Assembly (NCBI GenBank): GCA_964016885.1
Contig: OZ024743.1
Span: forward strand, 56,420,001 to 56,484,000
Length of the DNA stretch: 64,000 nucleotides
Direction of reading: 5' to 3'
From: Eledone cirrhosa
Lineage: Eukaryota
Shown here one piece after another: positions 60,101 through 64,000 of this stretch. The first letter of the stretch is position 1. Each line of letters begins with the position of its first letter. The notes below the pieces were generated by a model. It made no database searches. It had not been told where the DNA came from and worked only from the letters and a program-made list of their open reading frames with translations. Both the position numbers and the translations under genes were made by a program.

Positions 60101-60366
60101 TTCTTCTATCCTACGCCATTTTCAGAAAATGGCGTAGGATAGAAGAAAGGAAAGGCACAGAAACGAAGAAAGAAATCCCCAGTCACTGAAGAGGTCACAG
60201 AGTGTGTGACGAAAGAACTATGACTATATATATATAAACAACTATCTGGTTGTGGAACCAACCAACTAACCAGAAATTTATAAATTTGTAAATTTATAAA
60301 TATATAATAAATTAAATTGAAGTGAAAGCAACTGGTGCGTGTGTTTCTTATTGGCAACATGACCCT
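60101..60366 (+). mobile_element. family F end with 23-bp 5' fold-back and hammerhead at 60181-60225; cut by the gap
   Basis: TTCTTCTATCCTACGCCATTTTC-A-GAAAATGGCGTAGGATAGAAGAA; AGTCA-CTGAAGA-...-GAAA-GAAC-TA-TGACT. Confidence 0.82.
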
Positions 60367-60566
60367 NNNNNNNNNNNNNNNNNNNNNNNNNNNNNNNNNN
60401 NNNNNNNNNNNNNNNNNNNNNNNNNNNNNNNNNNNNNNNNNNNNNNNNNNNNNNNNNNNNNNNNNNNNNNNNNNNNNNNNNNNNNNNNNNNNNNNNNNNN
60501 NNNNNNNNNNNNNNNNNNNNNNNNNNNNNNNNNNNNNNNNNNNNNNNNNNNNNNNNNNNNNNNNNN
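60367..60566. other. assembly gap (200 N)
   Basis: Run of N. Confidence 1.
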
Positions 60567-60885
60567 ATATTGCCAAGTTCATTATAAGCATCAGAGTCGA
60601 AAAACAGACAAAGCCAAAAATCATCTATCAAATCACATCTAGCAAGGATCATTTCAAAAAGTTTAGGATGCCCAAATTTGGTCTACATGTGTTCTTATAT
60701 TTAATATAGAAGTTTATCTAGTGTAACGTTTATTCGAAATATTTGGAGCATCAGCTTTTAGGGTAGCTTAATTTTTCATGAGGAATGTTTAAATAAAAAT
60801 AAAATTAAAATAAAAATAAAAAAGAATAAAAAGAAGGAATCAAAGATTTATCGGCTAGTTTCCCATATAAATCAAACTAAATATA

Positions 60886-61055
60886 CTACATTTTAAATTT
60901 AAATTTATATTTAAACGTTGAGTTTAATCTATGTTTGCAACAACTGAATAAATTTGTCCGTAGATTAAGGGAATTTTTAGATTTTAGTATAAAGAATATC
61001 TCCTCTGCGCAGAGGTCACATGTCTCAGAGGATGAATTAAAAGGAATCCCTCTTG
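60886..61055 (-). pseudogene. C-terminal fragment of a Naiad-type PLE endonuclease
   Basis: [12 protein letters not shown]...[13 protein letters not shown], homologous to the ends of the 13374 and 37309 ORFs. Confidence 0.72.
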
Positions 61056-61132
<77 letters not shown>

Positions 61133-61133
61133 C

Positions 61134-61199
<66 letters not shown>

Positions 61200-61203
61200 A
61201 TAC

Positions 61204-61235
<32 letters not shown>

Positions 61236-61360
61236 ATATATATATGTGTGTGTGTGAATGAAGTAATTCCATCGGAAAAGTCCAGGAAAAAAGAGTGCTC
61301 TATGTATGCAACAGAGCTTAATTATTATTATTATGTAATAAACAACATAAGGCAATTATT

Positions 61361-61416
61361 CCATTTACCAGTGGTTTCTTAAAAGCAAAAGGTTTTGCTT
61401 TCAATCCTCAGAATGA
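61361..61416 (-). ncRNA. hammerhead (family H)
   Basis: TCATT-CTGAGGA-TTGAAAGCAAAACCTTTTGCTTTTAA-GAAA-CCACTGG-TA-AATGG. Confidence 0.78.
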
Positions 61417-61711
61417 AAAATCCTGGTTTGTTTATTGAATATGGATTCTAAAAACAAAAATGCAATCTATATGAAAGTGAGGCTGGAAAAGGGAGAAGGA
61501 AAGGAAAAATAAAATAAAACTACACATGCAAACACACAAAAAAAACACAAAAACACAAAAGCATACTTACACACACATACATATATACACATATATAAAT
61601 GTACGCATACACATATACATATACACACATATATATATATATATAAAGAGCGTACACCTACACACACATACACATATATACACACATATACACATACATA
61701 CATTCATACAT

Positions 61712-61767
<56 letters not shown>

Positions 61768-61786
61768 ACCCACATATATATATACA

Positions 61787-61848
<62 letters not shown>

Positions 61849-62246
61849 CACACACACACACACACATGTGTGTGTACAAGCATACACATACACACACACA
61901 TATATATACACACATACATACATTCACACAAACGTACAACGTACATACATACACATACATGAATGCACTCCACTACATATTCACACACGCAAATAAATAT
62001 AAGAAAAAAATATATAAATATATATTAACAAATTTTTGACAGCGATACATGCCCCAGCTAACAGGACAGACACGCGTGGTAAGTAATACACACAAAAGCA
62101 CATATACATAGGTACGAAATAGTAAACACATACACACACTCTCACACATAAATATACATATACAAATACATAAACACGTACATACACATACATACACAAA
62201 CACGTACACGTATACAATATAAACACACACATGTATATGTAATTAT

Positions 62247-62292
<46 letters not shown>

Positions 62293-62752
62293 ACAAAAAT
62301 ATAAAAATATAAACGCAAACACACATATAAATACGTAAACACACATATACATACATAGCTAAACAATTATACACATGCAAATACGTATATATCAAAAGAA
62401 CGCACAACTAAATACAAACACACACACATACACACACACACCCACACACAAACCCTCACATACATAAAAATAAATAAATACACACGCACACATATACATA
62501 CATACACATACATATACACATATATACATATACATATATACATATACGTACACATATATATATATATATATATACATATATATACATATACATATATATA
62601 CACACATACACGTACACATACACACATGCATACACATACACACACACATATACATGTGTGTATGTGTAAAGCTCAGTATTAGATAAGACAAATGAACCTT
62701 ACATAAACGTATATATAGTAGTAAAGTAATAAAGCCATACAAGGCAATTAAT

Positions 62753-62808
62753 CCATTCACCAGAGGTTTCTTAAAAGCAAAAAAAGTTTCCTTCAATCTT
62801 CAGAATGA
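62753..62808 (-). ncRNA. degenerate second copy of the family H hammerhead
   Basis: TCATT-CTGAAGA-TTGAAGG...CTTTTAA-GAAA-CCTCTGG-TG-AATGG. The GUG triplet breaks the NUH rule. Confidence 0.55.
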
Positions 62809-62895
62809 AAAAAAGCCTGGTTTATCCACATATACATACATATACACACACAAATATACAATTATATACACACATACAGACACGCACACACACAC

Positions 62896-62980
<85 letters not shown>

Positions 62981-63001
62981 CATACATATATATATATATA
63001 T

Positions 63002-64000
63002 ATGAAAGAAGGCACAATATGCCCTATCCATAAAGGAGGTAGTAGAGCGGTGGCCAAGAACTATAGGCCAGTCTCCCTGACGTCGCATATCAGCAAGGTC
63101 ATGGAGCGAGTCTTCAGAAAGAAACTAATCACTTTCCTTGAAGAAAATGACCGCCTGACTAGCACGCAACATGGCTTCCGCCCAGGAAGAAGCTGCCTTA
63201 CACAGCTGCTACATCACTACGACTGGGTACTGAGACAACTGCTAGACGGCTCACATGTAGACGTGATATATCTTGACTTTGCGAAGGCCTTTGACAAGGT
63301 CGACCACGGAATGATATGTCACAAACTACACGGACTCGGCATAACTGGAAAAGTAGGTGAGTGGCTGCATGGCTTCCTAAGGGACAGAAGCCAGGCAGTC
63401 GCAGCAAATGGGGCCCTCTCGAGGGAAACACCGATAACAAGTGGGGTGCCTCAGGGGACAGTCCTGGGACCACTACTGTTTTTGGTGGCTCTCTCGGACA
63501 TGCCCTCTGTGGTGCATGCAACAACATCCCTCACTAGCTATGCTGATGACACTAAGGTAGCACAGGCAATCAAAAACCCGGCTGACGCTGCCCTCTTACA
63601 GCAGGATCTGGATGCCATATACAGATGGGCGGAAGAAAACAACATGCAGTTTAATGCTGGCAAATTCCAAGCCCTACAATACAAACCTGCAAACACAAAC
63701 ACAAATATAGCGGAACACAGCTACACAGGACCAGGAGGGACCGATATCCCCGTGTCAAAATCGATACGAGACCTGGGCATAGACATGAGCGATGATGCAT
63801 CTTTTTCTTCACACATCATGAAGGTGGCGACAGCATGTAGACGATTCGCTGGCTGGATCTTGAGGACTTTCCTTACAAGAGATCGAGACACCATGTTGAC
63901 ACTGTGGAGGACTTTTGTCCTAAGCCGCCTGGACTACTGCTCCCAGCTGTGGTCACCCCATAGTGTCAAACTAACCACAGAGCTTGAGGCAATCCAGCGA
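63002..64000 (+). mobile_element. 5'-truncated CR1-group LINE RT; frame open to the window edge
   Basis: [81 protein letters not shown]. Absent from the ORF track because there is no stop in the window. Confidence 0.92.

Overview
AT-rich, repeat-saturated animal genomic DNA. The SINE families and the extreme (TA)n/(CA)n density suggest an octopus or other coleoid cephalopod (inference). Only one host gene is evident: a single-coding-exon class A GPCR of the myosuppressin-receptor/dmsr-1 type (24706-25863, +). The rest is mobile DNA: RTE, CR1-group and CRE-like LINE relics, a Helitron helicase relic, MITEs, about 30 tRNA-derived SINEs, and at least four Penelope-like element (PLE) coding fragments with GIY-YIG domains. 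Most long ORFs in the track are microsatellite artefacts. The main hidden signal is about 17 type-I hammerhead ribozyme (HHR) motifs, folded by eye, from roughly 8-9 sequence families. They sit at element ends embedded in (TA)n tracts. Several are in head-to-head palindromes with one ribozyme per strand, including a 442-bp zero-spacer palindrome, and several have non-canonical cores (U4C; compensatory U3-A8) or very long stem II inserts. One lies in a non-coding ~327-bp retrozyme-like repeat. No ribozyme activity can be shown from sequence alone.
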